Assembly: GCA_018304465.1 (NCBI GenBank)
Contig: JAGVWC010000011.1
Span: forward strand, 1 to 64,000
DNA length: 64,000 bases
Reading direction: 5' to 3'
Source: Candidatus Iainarchaeum sp.
Lineage (GTDB): Archaea; Iainarchaeota; Iainarchaeia; Iainarchaeales; JAGVWC01
In this document: positions 47,351-56,834 of the stretch, piece after piece
Numbering within the stretch: position 1 is the first letter of the stretch
Layout of the letters: every line of letters starts with the position of its first letter
The notes under the pieces: generated by a model
The model's input: only the letters and a program-made list of their open reading frames with translations
Told to the model about the DNA's origin: nothing
Database searches by the model: none
Program-made: the position numbers and the translations under genes

Positions 47351-48391
47351 ATGCGATCCGAACAATGGATAAAATACTTGGCGGGAAACCAAAGCATGTT
47401 CCTTTGCACGTTACTTGGAAAAGTGTTCACGCAAACGCTCAAAACCGAATTCGGAGCCGGACCCAAACGAATCCGTTTTTTCTTTCACACAGGATTGACC
47501 ACGGGCTTTGTGGTCCAAAAAGAAATGATTTCATTCGGAAAACTCTTGTCCCGAAAAATCGAAAAAAATCCGCGCCAAATAACCCGATGGACGCGGCAAT
47601 TATCCCGACAAATCGATTTCTTGCGAAAACAACTGCTGTCATTCCACGGGAAAAGAATGACTAAGGCGGAATTTGAAAAAATTTGCCTTGAAACCGAACA
47701 ATTCTACGCGCATCTCGTGCCCGTGATGCAAGTCGCGGATTACTTGCCGTCATCCACCCTGAAAAAAATGCTTCCAAAACTCGAAAAAGCCCGAAAATAT
47801 TCGGAATCGGTTCAAAGCGAAATCGAAGGGTTTTTCGAGCACTGGGCTGAAAAAGAAAACAAATACAGTCACTTTCCCACGGCTTTTTTTTTGAGTCAAA
47901 CCGAAAAAGAACTCTTACAATATTTCAAAACTCATCGGTTTTTGTCCCGCTTGAAACTCGAACACCGGTGTTCTTGCAGCGCGCTGGATTTTTCCAACGG
48001 AAAATACGTATTGTTTCCCAAAACCTACGCCGAAAAACTCGAAGAAAAAACACGTTTATCTCGATCCGACTCGTTTGTCATCGGACAAACCGCTTACCCG
48101 GGAAAAGTCATCGGAACCTGCCGACGCGTACTCCATCCCGCGGACTCCACCCGCTTTGACGAAGGGGATATTTTGGTCACGCAAATGACCAAACCCGAAT
48201 ACTTGCCGATGATTCGAAAAGCAGGCGCGATCGTGACCGACGCCGGCGGATTATTGTCGCACGCCGGAATCATTTGCCGAGAACTCAAAAAACCATCCGT
48301 CATCGGAACCGACAAAGCCACCTTGGTGTTTAAAACCGGCGAAAAACTGCACGTGGACGCGACCAAAGGAATCGTTCGAAAAATTTTATGA
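47351..48391 (+). CDS. Phospho-His swivel domain protein, paralogue 2 (shorter N-domain)
   Basis: GQTAYPG...ILVTQMTKPEY...TDAGGLLSHAGIICRELKKP. Confidence 0.88.
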   Translation: MRSEQWIKYLAGNQSMFLCTLLGKVFTQTLKTEFGAGPKRIRFFFHTGLTTGFVVQKEMISFGKLLSRKIEKNPRQITRWTRQLSRQIDFLRKQLLSFHGKRMTKAEFEKICLETEQFYAHLVPVMQVADYLPSSTLKKMLPKLEKARKYSESVQSEIEGFFEHWAEKENKYSHFPTAFFLSQTEKELLQYFKTHRFLSRLKLEHRCSCSALDFSNGKYVLFPKTYAEKLEEKTRLSRSDSFVIGQTAYPGKVIGTCRRVLHPADSTRFDEGDILVTQMTKPEYLPMIRKAGAIVTDAGGLLSHAGIICRELKKPSVIGTDKATLVFKTGEKLHVDATKGIVRKIL

Positions 48392-49858
48392 AAAAATACG
48401 GACGATTCCGTGATTTGTACGAAGCTCGATGAGCGTACCGTCCTTAATCACTTGGGTTGCAATCCGAGTGCCGATAATGCACGGAATATTAAGCTCGCGG
48501 CTAATAATGGCCGCGTGACTCGTGATTCCTCCTTCGTTGGTCACTATTCCACGGGCTTTTTTCATTAATGGCACAAACTCTGGGCGCGTCATGCTTGTCA
48601 CTAATATTTCTCCTTCATTGAAAGGGTCCGATGGTTTTTTGACGACCCGGGCAATTCCTTTGGCTTCACCGGCGCAAGCAGTAATACCTTGCAGAGACTG
48701 AATGTTTTCCAAATTAGCTTTGGGCATTAGACGTTCCCGCAATTGCTCGTAGACGCTTCCGCTCAGGGTCCAGAATCGTTGGTCCTTATTGCCAATCTGA
48801 ACGCAACCTTTCATGCGCTGACGCCATTCTTCGATTGGAACACTTTTGCCGTCCAGCAGGTCTAATAGTTCGGAAGGAGTTGTGAATTGCAGGATCTCAA
48901 ATTTAATACCTGTTTTTTCACTCGTTTTATGCAAGAAGAGATTGAGATAATGGCACGCGATAAGTGTCGCACGTTTGCGTTGATCATGCCAATATCCGAT
49001 CAATGAAATCCAATGGAGAAGCTTTTGAGAATCTGGATCGAGTTTTAAATTCAGTTCCTCGCGTTTTTGCTTAAGCATTTTTTCCTGATGCAAAAGAGCA
49101 AAAATTTCTTTTTCTATTTCTTCGATTGTTCGTTTAGATTCGATTCGGGCATTTTCGAAAAAAACGGTTAATTGAATCGGTTCGGTATATTTGTAATTGT
49201 TTTGAATCCAAAAAAAATTCTTTTGATGCTCAACTACTAAACGGTAAATTGAGGGATTTTCTTTCTGCAGCTCTTGAAGCGTTTTGGGATTACTGCTCTT
49301 AAGCTGCCGAGCGATCAGTAACAGGCTCAATTTTTCTTCGCCCAAAAACGTCCCGTACATGGGTGCCATGGCTTCTCGAATTTGTGTCTGTAGTAAAGGG
49401 TATTTTTCGAGCAAAAGTGAAACCATATATTCTGTGCCGGTATAGAAATATTCGACCAATAATGAGGGGGTGAACAGCGACAGGTATACATCCGTGAATT
49501 CTTCATAGTCTTTTTTCAGGTCCGTTATTGCACGCGAAGAAAAACTGTTCACATACGCATAATATTCTTTTTGGCGTTTTTGCCACAAAGCATACATGCG
49601 CTCCAGAATTGAATAATCCGCCAAAATGCGCTTGTATTGCCTTTCGGCAAAATGCTCCGGCAGTATCCAGTCGCTCTCGTCCCCATTTTTCGAGTAAAAT
49701 GTTGTATATATTTCAAATCCAAATCCAGGACAAATCTTCTCGAGTTCGAAACTGGCTCCTGCAATCGAAAAATAGTTCAGATGTGGCACAATTGTGGCTG
49801 AATACACGCCCCACTTCTCTGAAGGTGAGATTAATTCCCAAAATGAATCATCAGTCAA
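48386..49858 (-). CDS. Phospho-His swivel domain protein, paralogue 3
   Basis: [13 protein letters not shown]...[21 protein letters not shown]. Confidence 0.88.
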   Translation of the reverse strand: MTDDSFWELISPSEKWGVYSATIVPHLNYFSIAGASFELEKICPGFGFEIYTTFYSKNGDESDWILPEHFAERQYKRILADYSILERMYALWQKRQKEYYAYVNSFSSRAITDLKKDYEEFTDVYLSLFTPSLLVEYFYTGTEYMVSLLLEKYPLLQTQIREAMAPMYGTFLGEEKLSLLLIARQLKSSNPKTLQELQKENPSIYRLVVEHQKNFFWIQNNYKYTEPIQLTVFFENARIESKRTIEEIEKEIFALLHQEKMLKQKREELNLKLDPDSQKLLHWISLIGYWHDQRKRATLIACHYLNLFLHKTSEKTGIKFEILQFTTPSELLDLLDGKSVPIEEWRQRMKGCVQIGNKDQRFWTLSGSVYEQLRERLMPKANLENIQSLQGITACAGEAKGIARVVKKPSDPFNEGEILVTSMTRPEFVPLMKKARGIVTNEGGITSHAAIISRELNIPCIIGTRIATQVIKDGTLIELRTNHGIVRIFS

Positions 49859-49868
49859 GGAATCCCCG

Positions 49869-50828
49869 TCATTTCAAAGTCGTAATCGGCCGCGCCTGCA
49901 AAATATACACTTTATCATCAATGGCCCATTCGATATCCATGGGCTGACCGTAATGCGATTCGATATTCAAGGCTTCCTTGGCCAGCGCTTTCCACTCCGA
50001 ATCCGACAACGCCGCGGAATTCGCTTCTTCTTCCCCGATCTCGATTTCCTTGTTTTGCCCGAATTCGTCCCGAATAATCGCGATTCGCTTTCCACCGATA
50101 GTATGCGATACCACGGACAAATCTTTTTTCTTTAGAATCAAGGTATCCGGGGTTACCATTCCGGAAACAACGCTTTCACCCAAACCAAACGCGGCTTCGA
50201 TAATCATTTCGTCGCGCGCGTTCGTCACCGGATTCGCAGTGAATAAGACGCCCGCTTTTTTGGAATTCACCATTTCCTGGATTACGACCGAAATCAACAC
50301 CATTTCGTGCTTGAAACCTTTGGATTCGCGGTAAAAAATCGCGCGCGGAGAATACAACGACGCCCAGCACTTCTTGACCGCTTCCAAAATGCCGTCATCG
50401 CCTTTCACGTTCAAAAAAGTGGCTTGCTGTCCGGCAAAACTCGCGTCCGGCAAGTCTTCCGCCGTCGCGCTGGATCGCACCGCAACGAATCCTTTTCCAA
50501 GTTTTTTGTAATCCGCCAAAATGTCATCGCAAATTGATTGGGGGATTTGCGCGTTTAGGATCAGCAATTCGATCTGGTTGGCGGTTTTTTCCAACTGCTC
50601 GGAATCATCCACGTTCGTCTTGTTCAGCAAATCATGAATTTTCTTATGAATCTTGTTTTCATCCACGAACTGCTTAAAGACGTGAATCGTAATGCAAAAA
50701 CCATTCGGAATCGGAAACTTCGAAAACATTTCCCCCAGGTTTGCGCCTTTTCCGCCAACCAACGGAATATCTTTTTTTTTGATTTCCGAAAACCACGCGA
50801 TGTTTTTTTCTAAAGGCATATGATTCAT
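49869..50828 (-). CDS. Standalone PEP synthase/PPDK N-terminal ATP-grasp domain protein
   Basis: VGGKGANLGE, VAVRSSATAEDLPDASFAGQQ, GLGESVVSG, DIEWA, LQARPIT, then stop. No His domain and no PEP/pyruvate barrel. Confidence 0.92.
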   Translation of the reverse strand: MNHMPLEKNIAWFSEIKKKDIPLVGGKGANLGEMFSKFPIPNGFCITIHVFKQFVDENKIHKKIHDLLNKTNVDDSEQLEKTANQIELLILNAQIPQSICDDILADYKKLGKGFVAVRSSATAEDLPDASFAGQQATFLNVKGDDGILEAVKKCWASLYSPRAIFYRESKGFKHEMVLISVVIQEMVNSKKAGVLFTANPVTNARDEMIIEAAFGLGESVVSGMVTPDTLILKKKDLSVVSHTIGGKRIAIIRDEFGQNKEIEIGEEEANSAALSDSEWKALAKEALNIESHYGQPMDIEWAIDDKVYILQARPITTLK

Positions 50829-50937
50829 ATCATCCTTTTCCCATTTAAATAGTAACGAAAAACGGTTTCGGCCGTTATGAAGCGGGATACCTTTAAATAT
50901 CAAAAAGTAAGTAGGTCTTCATTGGAGGCATTTTTTC

Positions 50938-51834
50938 ATGGCACCACGACCATTGCTTGGAAGATTCGGAAAAAAACCCGGGAAAACAGGTTCGCCGAAA
51001 ACACCTGAACAGTCCAGTCAATCCGGTGTTGCAGCAAAATATGTTGGAAAGATTCCTGTCGGAACCGTTCGAAGCTATTTGGGCCGGCATCAAATAAAAC
51101 AAAAAGGCACTCCAACAGGTTTATCTCCCGAAGGAGAAGGCCGTGCAAGTGAAGCGCTTTTGCCTGGATTAAAAAGCGGACGCCAATATCGGGTCACTAC
51201 TTCCACGAATGATCGCGCCTTCCATACCGGTCGATTGGGTGCGGAAGCGTACCGACGCCTCGGGGGACGCGCCAACACCGGGGCCGTGCTAAATGACCGT
51301 CGAGTGGCAAAACGCGTCGATCACATCGTCAAAGGCAAGCCAACGCGTGGACGCGTCCTTAAATCCATGAGCGCGGATCATGTTTTACCCGAACCTCAAC
51401 TCACGGAATACATGAACATCATCGAAGAACTGAAAGCTCAAGACAAACGACTAAATGACACCACTGCCGAGGAAAAACTCCTCGTAGATTGGGCTATGCA
51501 TGGAAAATACGCGCGTCGCATCGGAGATCCGATCAAAATCACTGATAATATCATCCTGGATACATTGCAGCTGGGAAAAGAAGTCAGCAAGCGCGGCGGG
51601 CAAAACATCGAACTGCGAAACGTGTCTCACAGCGGTTTCGTTGAAATGGTTTTCATGCGTTTAACCGGACGAGATTACCGTGAAACCGGAAAAGGCATGG
51701 TTGAACCCGGAGAAGGACTTCTCGTTCATTTTCTTCCCGAAGGAAAAGCCGTGCTTGAATATCGCGACAAACAATTCGACGTAACCAAAAAATTAAACCA
51801 GATCATTAAGAGCGCCCGCAGCAAGTATCGCTAA
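50938..51834 (+). CDS. Histidine-phosphatase-superfamily-like protein with basic leader
   Basis: YLGRHQ (RHG-like), LSPEG, TSTNDRAFHTG, NVSHSG. Confidence 0.6.
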   Translation: MAPRPLLGRFGKKPGKTGSPKTPEQSSQSGVAAKYVGKIPVGTVRSYLGRHQIKQKGTPTGLSPEGEGRASEALLPGLKSGRQYRVTTSTNDRAFHTGRLGAEAYRRLGGRANTGAVLNDRRVAKRVDHIVKGKPTRGRVLKSMSADHVLPEPQLTEYMNIIEELKAQDKRLNDTTAEEKLLVDWAMHGKYARRIGDPIKITDNIILDTLQLGKEVSKRGGQNIELRNVSHSGFVEMVFMRLTGRDYRETGKGMVEPGEGLLVHFLPEGKAVLEYRDKQFDVTKKLNQIIKSARSKYR

Positions 51835-51860
51835 CGGCACTCCTTTTTTTTTATTTTTTA

Positions 51861-52271
51861 TTAATTATTGTCCCTACTCCGTAACTCATATATTTTTTGG
51901 AGAATATTATCCAAATGCTCATGCACCAATGTCTGATCTCGCACAATCGCTTTTACACTTTCCGGAACTACAAATCCTTTTCGAACATCGCTTCGCAATG
52001 CCTTTTGGAACGCAAGGGTCATGTCTTCTATTCGACTACGGGCATTTTCTAGATATCGAATAGCAGGATCTTTTTTTTTCCACTCTGTCGGAATCGATGA
52101 AGAATGAAGACGCCGGAGAATCTCAGCCTCAATAACACGCATATTCCGTTGGATTTCTTGCATTGGATAATCTCGTTCGACCGCGCTATGAACCCGCGTC
52201 ATAATTTCTCTTCGCCTGTCAGCTACCTTTTCACGCAACTGAGGTCGACGCATCGGTTTTCTGGACTTCAT
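51861..52271 (-). CDS. Hypothetical basic helical protein
   Basis: 136-aa Arg-rich ORF starting MKSRKPMRRP; no family recognised. Confidence 0.55.
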   Translation of the reverse strand: MKSRKPMRRPQLREKVADRRREIMTRVHSAVERDYPMQEIQRNMRVIEAEILRRLHSSSIPTEWKKKDPAIRYLENARSRIEDMTLAFQKALRSDVRKGFVVPESVKAIVRDQTLVHEHLDNILQKIYELRSRDNN

Positions 52272-52324
52272 TTAACCACCGGTGTATTTTAGGTTTATAA
52301 TCTTACTTGTCTCCAACAACACCT

Positions 52325-53740
52325 TTATTTCTTTTCGATGACTGTTATAGAACCGTGATTCGCTTTTACTTGAACGATCCAACCATCTTTAAGCACCCGC
52401 GTCGCGTTTTTGGTGCCGATCACGCACGGAATTCCCAATTCGCGGGAAATGATTGCCGCGTGACTCGTAATTCCCCCTTCATCGGTTACAATCGCAATCG
52501 CTTTTTTCATCGCCGGAACAAATTCTGGTCTTGTCATGCTGGTCACCAAAACCTCGCCTTCTTTTAATTCCGCGATGGAATCCAGCGTCCGAAGAATCCG
52601 AACGGGCCCCGTGGCGATTCCCAAGGAAGCGCAGGTTCCGTTTAATACCTCCACTTCGTCCAAACGGGTTTTAAACCGTTGTTGATACTCCAAAAAATCC
52701 GAATGATCAAAAATCATTACGCCTTGGGAATGCTCGATTCCGATGAACCCTTTTTTTCGCCTTTGGCCCAAGGATTCGAGTTCACGGTTTTTCAATCCTT
52801 TTAGCGAAACTTCTTCGCCGGTCAGATACTGGATAGCCACCGGATCGACTCCAAACCGCCTCGCCAATTCGTTGACGATCAACTGGCAACCAAACACCCC
52901 GCGAAAAATGTTTTTCTTTCGCTCGTCCTGCCATTGCGTGACAAAATCCGTCCATTCCACCCATTGACGCTGCGCATCGGAAAAGCCGTACCGAGCCATT
53001 AACGCCTCTTTTTTGTGCCGAATCTCTGAAAGATCCGGTTTTGAAAACGATTCAAGCCCATCCGCCATTTTTTCCACATCGGACTCGGACAAAACCTCGC
53101 TTCCCGCATACGAGGTTTCCGACCAAAAAAAATCCTTCAAAAACCGCTGAATCAACGCTTTTTTTTCCTTGGCGCCTGCGTTTTTGATTTGCCAGAGCAA
53201 TTCTTCTTTTTGAGATACAAAGGAGTGCGACAAGGGTGTTGTGAGAGCGGAAAAATCCTCATTTGACTGTGTGCCGGTGACGCCCTTGAAGAGTTCGTGG
53301 CGCATTCGATGCTCTAACGCCAAGGCCAGACTTTCGATCACATGCGATGATCCGACGGTTACTCCGCGGCTAACCCAATGACGCTTGGAAAGATCTATCA
53401 ACGCGTCATCAGGTAATTTGGTCAAATCGCTTTCCGCCGCCGCAAAAACGGGTTCTTGATCCGCGACTTGCCGGTCGTAAACGCGCCGAAGCGCCTGCAA
53501 ATACGATGGGTCCTTTTTCAATTCGGAAAAAATCCGATTCGCAATCGCATCCAAATCTTTTTGCGGGTACTTCCATTCACAATAATCCTCTTCATACGTG
53601 GCCAAAATCGCATGGTAGGAATACCCCATGGTTTTTTGCATGACCGGCAATCCACCCACCCCAATCATGAAAATCGGGCGTCCCGGACAGCTTTGGGTAT
53701 ACCATTCTTGGGACAAATATTTTTTCAGTACCGGGTTCAT
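52325..53740 (-). CDS. Phospho-His swivel domain protein, paralogue 4
   Basis: GTCASLG...[10 protein letters not shown]...[21 protein letters not shown]. Confidence 0.88.
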   Translation of the reverse strand: MNPVLKKYLSQEWYTQSCPGRPIFMIGVGGLPVMQKTMGYSYHAILATYEEDYCEWKYPQKDLDAIANRIFSELKKDPSYLQALRRVYDRQVADQEPVFAAAESDLTKLPDDALIDLSKRHWVSRGVTVGSSHVIESLALALEHRMRHELFKGVTGTQSNEDFSALTTPLSHSFVSQKEELLWQIKNAGAKEKKALIQRFLKDFFWSETSYAGSEVLSESDVEKMADGLESFSKPDLSEIRHKKEALMARYGFSDAQRQWVEWTDFVTQWQDERKKNIFRGVFGCQLIVNELARRFGVDPVAIQYLTGEEVSLKGLKNRELESLGQRRKKGFIGIEHSQGVMIFDHSDFLEYQQRFKTRLDEVEVLNGTCASLGIATGPVRILRTLDSIAELKEGEVLVTSMTRPEFVPAMKKAIAIVTDEGGITSHAAIISRELGIPCVIGTKNATRVLKDGWIVQVKANHGSITVIEKK

Positions 53741-53928
53741 ACAAATTCCCTTTTCTCGATCACGTTGGAGTTATTTTCGTCGGCGATCATGGCTACGACT
53801 TTTCTCTGAATCCGATATTCTGCCATGAGAGATACCTGTCTTTCCCGCTGCATATAACGTCATACGAGTTACCCTTCGGTCTTTTCGGTTCTGATTCTGC
53901 CAAAGGTTGAACGAGGTCGTCTAGGCAT
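53737..53928 (-). pseudogene. Possible degraded small basic-leader gene
   Basis: The frame reads [61 protein letters not shown] and overlaps both neighbours. Confidence 0.3.
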
Positions 53929-55360
53929 TGAATTTACCCCTTTTCTCCAATACCACGATTTGTCCGTGATTCGCTTTTACTTGAACGATCCAACCATCTT
54001 TAAGAACTTTAGTAGCGCTCTTGGTCCCGATCACACAAGGTATTCCGAGTTCTCTTGAAACAATGGCCGCATGGCTTGTGATCCCGCCTTCGTCAGTGAC
54101 GATCGCAACGGCTTTTCGCATCGCAGGAACGAATTCCGGTCGCGTCATCGATGTAACCAATACTTCGCCGTCTTTCATCGAACCAATCGACGACACCGTG
54201 GTGAGTACCCGAACCGGTCCTGTCGCAGTTCCCAAAGACGCGCATTGCCCATAAAGCGTTTCCAGATCATCATGCTTGGAATGAAATTGCTGGTCAAAAA
54301 ACTCGGCATCGGCTTGGTCCAGGAACGTCGTTTGGTTGCCCAGTTTCACATAAAGACATTTTTTTTGGCGTTTTTTTGATTTTTTCTGAAGAGAACCGTT
54401 TCGAATCGATTGAAGAGAAATTTCCCAGGGCAACACGTAATCCAGATCTCTTTTCGGAATCGAATACCTGCGTGCCAACTCGTCTTGGAATTTGGCAAGC
54501 AAGCACACACCTCTTAAAATTTCCCGTTTTCGCTGATCCTGCCAATCCGTCAAAAAATCAATCCATTCGACGATATTTCGTTGCTTAACCGAAAAATCCA
54601 GTTTCGTCATGACCTTGGTTTTTTCGGTTTGAATTTTTTTCGCATCCGGTGTTTTTACTTCGGGAATTTTTTCGGCGGTGGACAAAATCTCTTCTTTGGT
54701 CCATTGTTTGGGACCCGCGTATCCTCCGTCCGCCCAGAAAAACGTCTTCAGAAACCGGTCTACCCGCTCCGAACGCTTTTTTCCCTTGGAGATCCGAATG
54801 TCAAACAACGCTTGGTCTCGCAGCAAGGCAAAAGAAGGTTTGGTGGGGGTTGTCAGATTCACAAAATAAAGATTCACGTTTTCCGGAACGGTTTTTTCTT
54901 TGATGCCGTGTCGCAAATCGCGCTCAAGACGGATTGAGATGCTCTCGATTAAATGCGCAATTCCGATCACGGCATTGATATGGCGGCCCACGAACTCCAA
55001 CCGATCGAATAATTCTTCTTCGGAAAATTTTGACAAGTCTTTTTCAAGCAGGCCATTCGAAAAAAACCATCTCACTTCGGCAGCCCATTTTTTTCTTTGT
55101 TTTTCCAGGTATTTCGGATCCTTTGTCAGTTCTTTTTCGATCCGATCGGAATTGCGCTCGAGGTCAGCTAATCCATAATTGGCTTCCACGTAATCAATTT
55201 TGAAAAAAAAGAAGAAATCGGTATAGGTGAACCCCAGACCGTTTTTCATGTGATCGAACGGCTCTTCAATGTATCCGAACGGAACGATGAAAAACGGTTT
55301 TCCTGGAGTGGCCCCGGTGTACCACTTACGTGCCAGCATGCGATTAATGATTGGATTCAA
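53921..55360 (-). CDS. Phospho-His swivel domain protein, paralogue 5
   Basis: TTG start overlaps the upstream TGA and gives MNPIIN, matching the MNP- starts of paralogues 4 and 7; [21 protein letters not shown]. Confidence 0.87.
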   Translation of the reverse strand: MNPIINRMLARKWYTGATPGKPFFIVPFGYIEEPFDHMKNGLGFTYTDFFFFFKIDYVEANYGLADLERNSDRIEKELTKDPKYLEKQRKKWAAEVRWFFSNGLLEKDLSKFSEEELFDRLEFVGRHINAVIGIAHLIESISIRLERDLRHGIKEKTVPENVNLYFVNLTTPTKPSFALLRDQALFDIRISKGKKRSERVDRFLKTFFWADGGYAGPKQWTKEEILSTAEKIPEVKTPDAKKIQTEKTKVMTKLDFSVKQRNIVEWIDFLTDWQDQRKREILRGVCLLAKFQDELARRYSIPKRDLDYVLPWEISLQSIRNGSLQKKSKKRQKKCLYVKLGNQTTFLDQADAEFFDQQFHSKHDDLETLYGQCASLGTATGPVRVLTTVSSIGSMKDGEVLVTSMTRPEFVPAMRKAVAIVTDEGGITSHAAIVSRELGIPCVIGTKSATKVLKDGWIVQVKANHGQIVVLEKRGKFNA

Positions 55361-56832
55361 CGATCGTCCCCCACCTTGCGGATAATTCCGTGATTCGCGT
55401 TCACTTCGATCAAATCGCCCGTCTGAATCGCCTTGGTGGCGTTTCCCGTGCCGATAACACACGGTTTTCCGAGTTCTCGCGAAATAATCGCGGCGTGACA
55501 CGTGATCCCTCCCAGTTCGGTAACGATCGCGCCCGCTTTTTTCATCGCGGGAACAAATTCAACCGAAGTCATCGTCGTGATCAATACTTCGCCGGCTTTG
55601 AAAAGAGAAATTTCCCTCGAATTTAAGAGCACCCGCGCGCGACCAACAAAAATCCCCGGTGACGCCGCGGTTCCTTTCATCACCTGATGCTCAAAATCTG
55701 TTTTTTTCGATATTTTTTTTTCAAGATCCGCGATTTCGCTTTCCGAAAGAAAACGATACGCTCCGTTTTCCACAATAAACGCGCTTTTTTCGATTCGCTT
55801 GGACAACTCCGCGGCTTTCGGCCCGTCTCCGCGAATAATGTTTTGCAGTTCCGAAACCGTCGCGTAATGCAGTTCCCGTTCAGAAATGTTTCGCCGCTTT
55901 CCGATTTCTTCAAGCAAACGGCCAAATCCGACATTCGCGATCGAAATCCGCTCTTTTTTCAAGTCGCCATACAAAAAAGCGATTTGCCGGATATTTTCAA
56001 AAAGAATCTCCAATTCAAGCGGAAGATTCGTCCGATTTTGGATTTCGCGCAGCCGTTTCGACGCGTTTTCCTCCAGATGCTCAAAGTCAAAAATCCGTTT
56101 TTTTCGCTCCGAAACCGGAATCGCCTGCAAGCAGTCCAATTCTTCGTGCACCATTTTTTCGTCCAGAATGGGGCCGTAGTAATCATAGGTTAGAAAATAA
56201 AACCGTTTGGCGTGAAGCCGAATCGCTTCTTTTTTTCGATCCTCTTCTTTGATCAACGAAATCGCCAAAAGGCTTTCTTCGGCGCGCGCGACAAAACTTT
56301 TATGAACCGGGTTGGCCAAGACCGAAAAAATTTCCGCGATTTCCGATTTCTTGAAATTCTTGTTTTCTTTGGCCAAAAAAACGGCTAAACGGTCCTGTAC
56401 CAACTGGTGTCCGCGAATCTCCAGCGAAAAATTCGCGGGTTCCGTCCAATACTCGGACTCGATGTAAATCCGAACTGCTTCGTTGAAAAGCGTTTCCAAA
56501 TCCGCGTCCGAAAAATTTTCCAAGCGTTCATTCAATACCGCGGGATCGATCAGTTCCAGCAATTGTTTTGCGTTTCGTAAAAAGTTGTTGCGCAACGGCT
56601 CAATGATTCCTCTTTGATGGGACAATCGCTCGACAACTGCGTTGGCCACGGTTTCCATTTGGTCCGGCAGCCAATACCACGTGCTCTGCCCGTTTTCAAT
56701 CAAACAAAAAAAACCCGAAAACGCCATGGGGACGCCAAGCGAACGATCCATCGTCTGGTTGTAGGATGACGCCATGACTCCCGTTGGAAAAGGCGGCGCG
56801 GAACTCGAATACACTTTGACAAGATTCTCCAT
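55357..56832 (-). CDS. Phospho-His swivel domain protein, paralogue 6
   Basis: GTAASPG...[10 protein letters not shown]...[21 protein letters not shown]. Confidence 0.88.
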   Translation of the reverse strand: MENLVKVYSSSAPPFPTGVMASSYNQTMDRSLGVPMAFSGFFCLIENGQSTWYWLPDQMETVANAVVERLSHQRGIIEPLRNNFLRNAKQLLELIDPAVLNERLENFSDADLETLFNEAVRIYIESEYWTEPANFSLEIRGHQLVQDRLAVFLAKENKNFKKSEIAEIFSVLANPVHKSFVARAEESLLAISLIKEEDRKKEAIRLHAKRFYFLTYDYYGPILDEKMVHEELDCLQAIPVSERKKRIFDFEHLEENASKRLREIQNRTNLPLELEILFENIRQIAFLYGDLKKERISIANVGFGRLLEEIGKRRNISERELHYATVSELQNIIRGDGPKAAELSKRIEKSAFIVENGAYRFLSESEIADLEKKISKKTDFEHQVMKGTAASPGIFVGRARVLLNSREISLFKAGEVLITTMTSVEFVPAMKKAGAIVTELGGITCHAAIISRELGKPCVIGTGNATKAIQTGDLIEVNANHGIIRKVGDDR

Positions 56833-56834
56833 GA

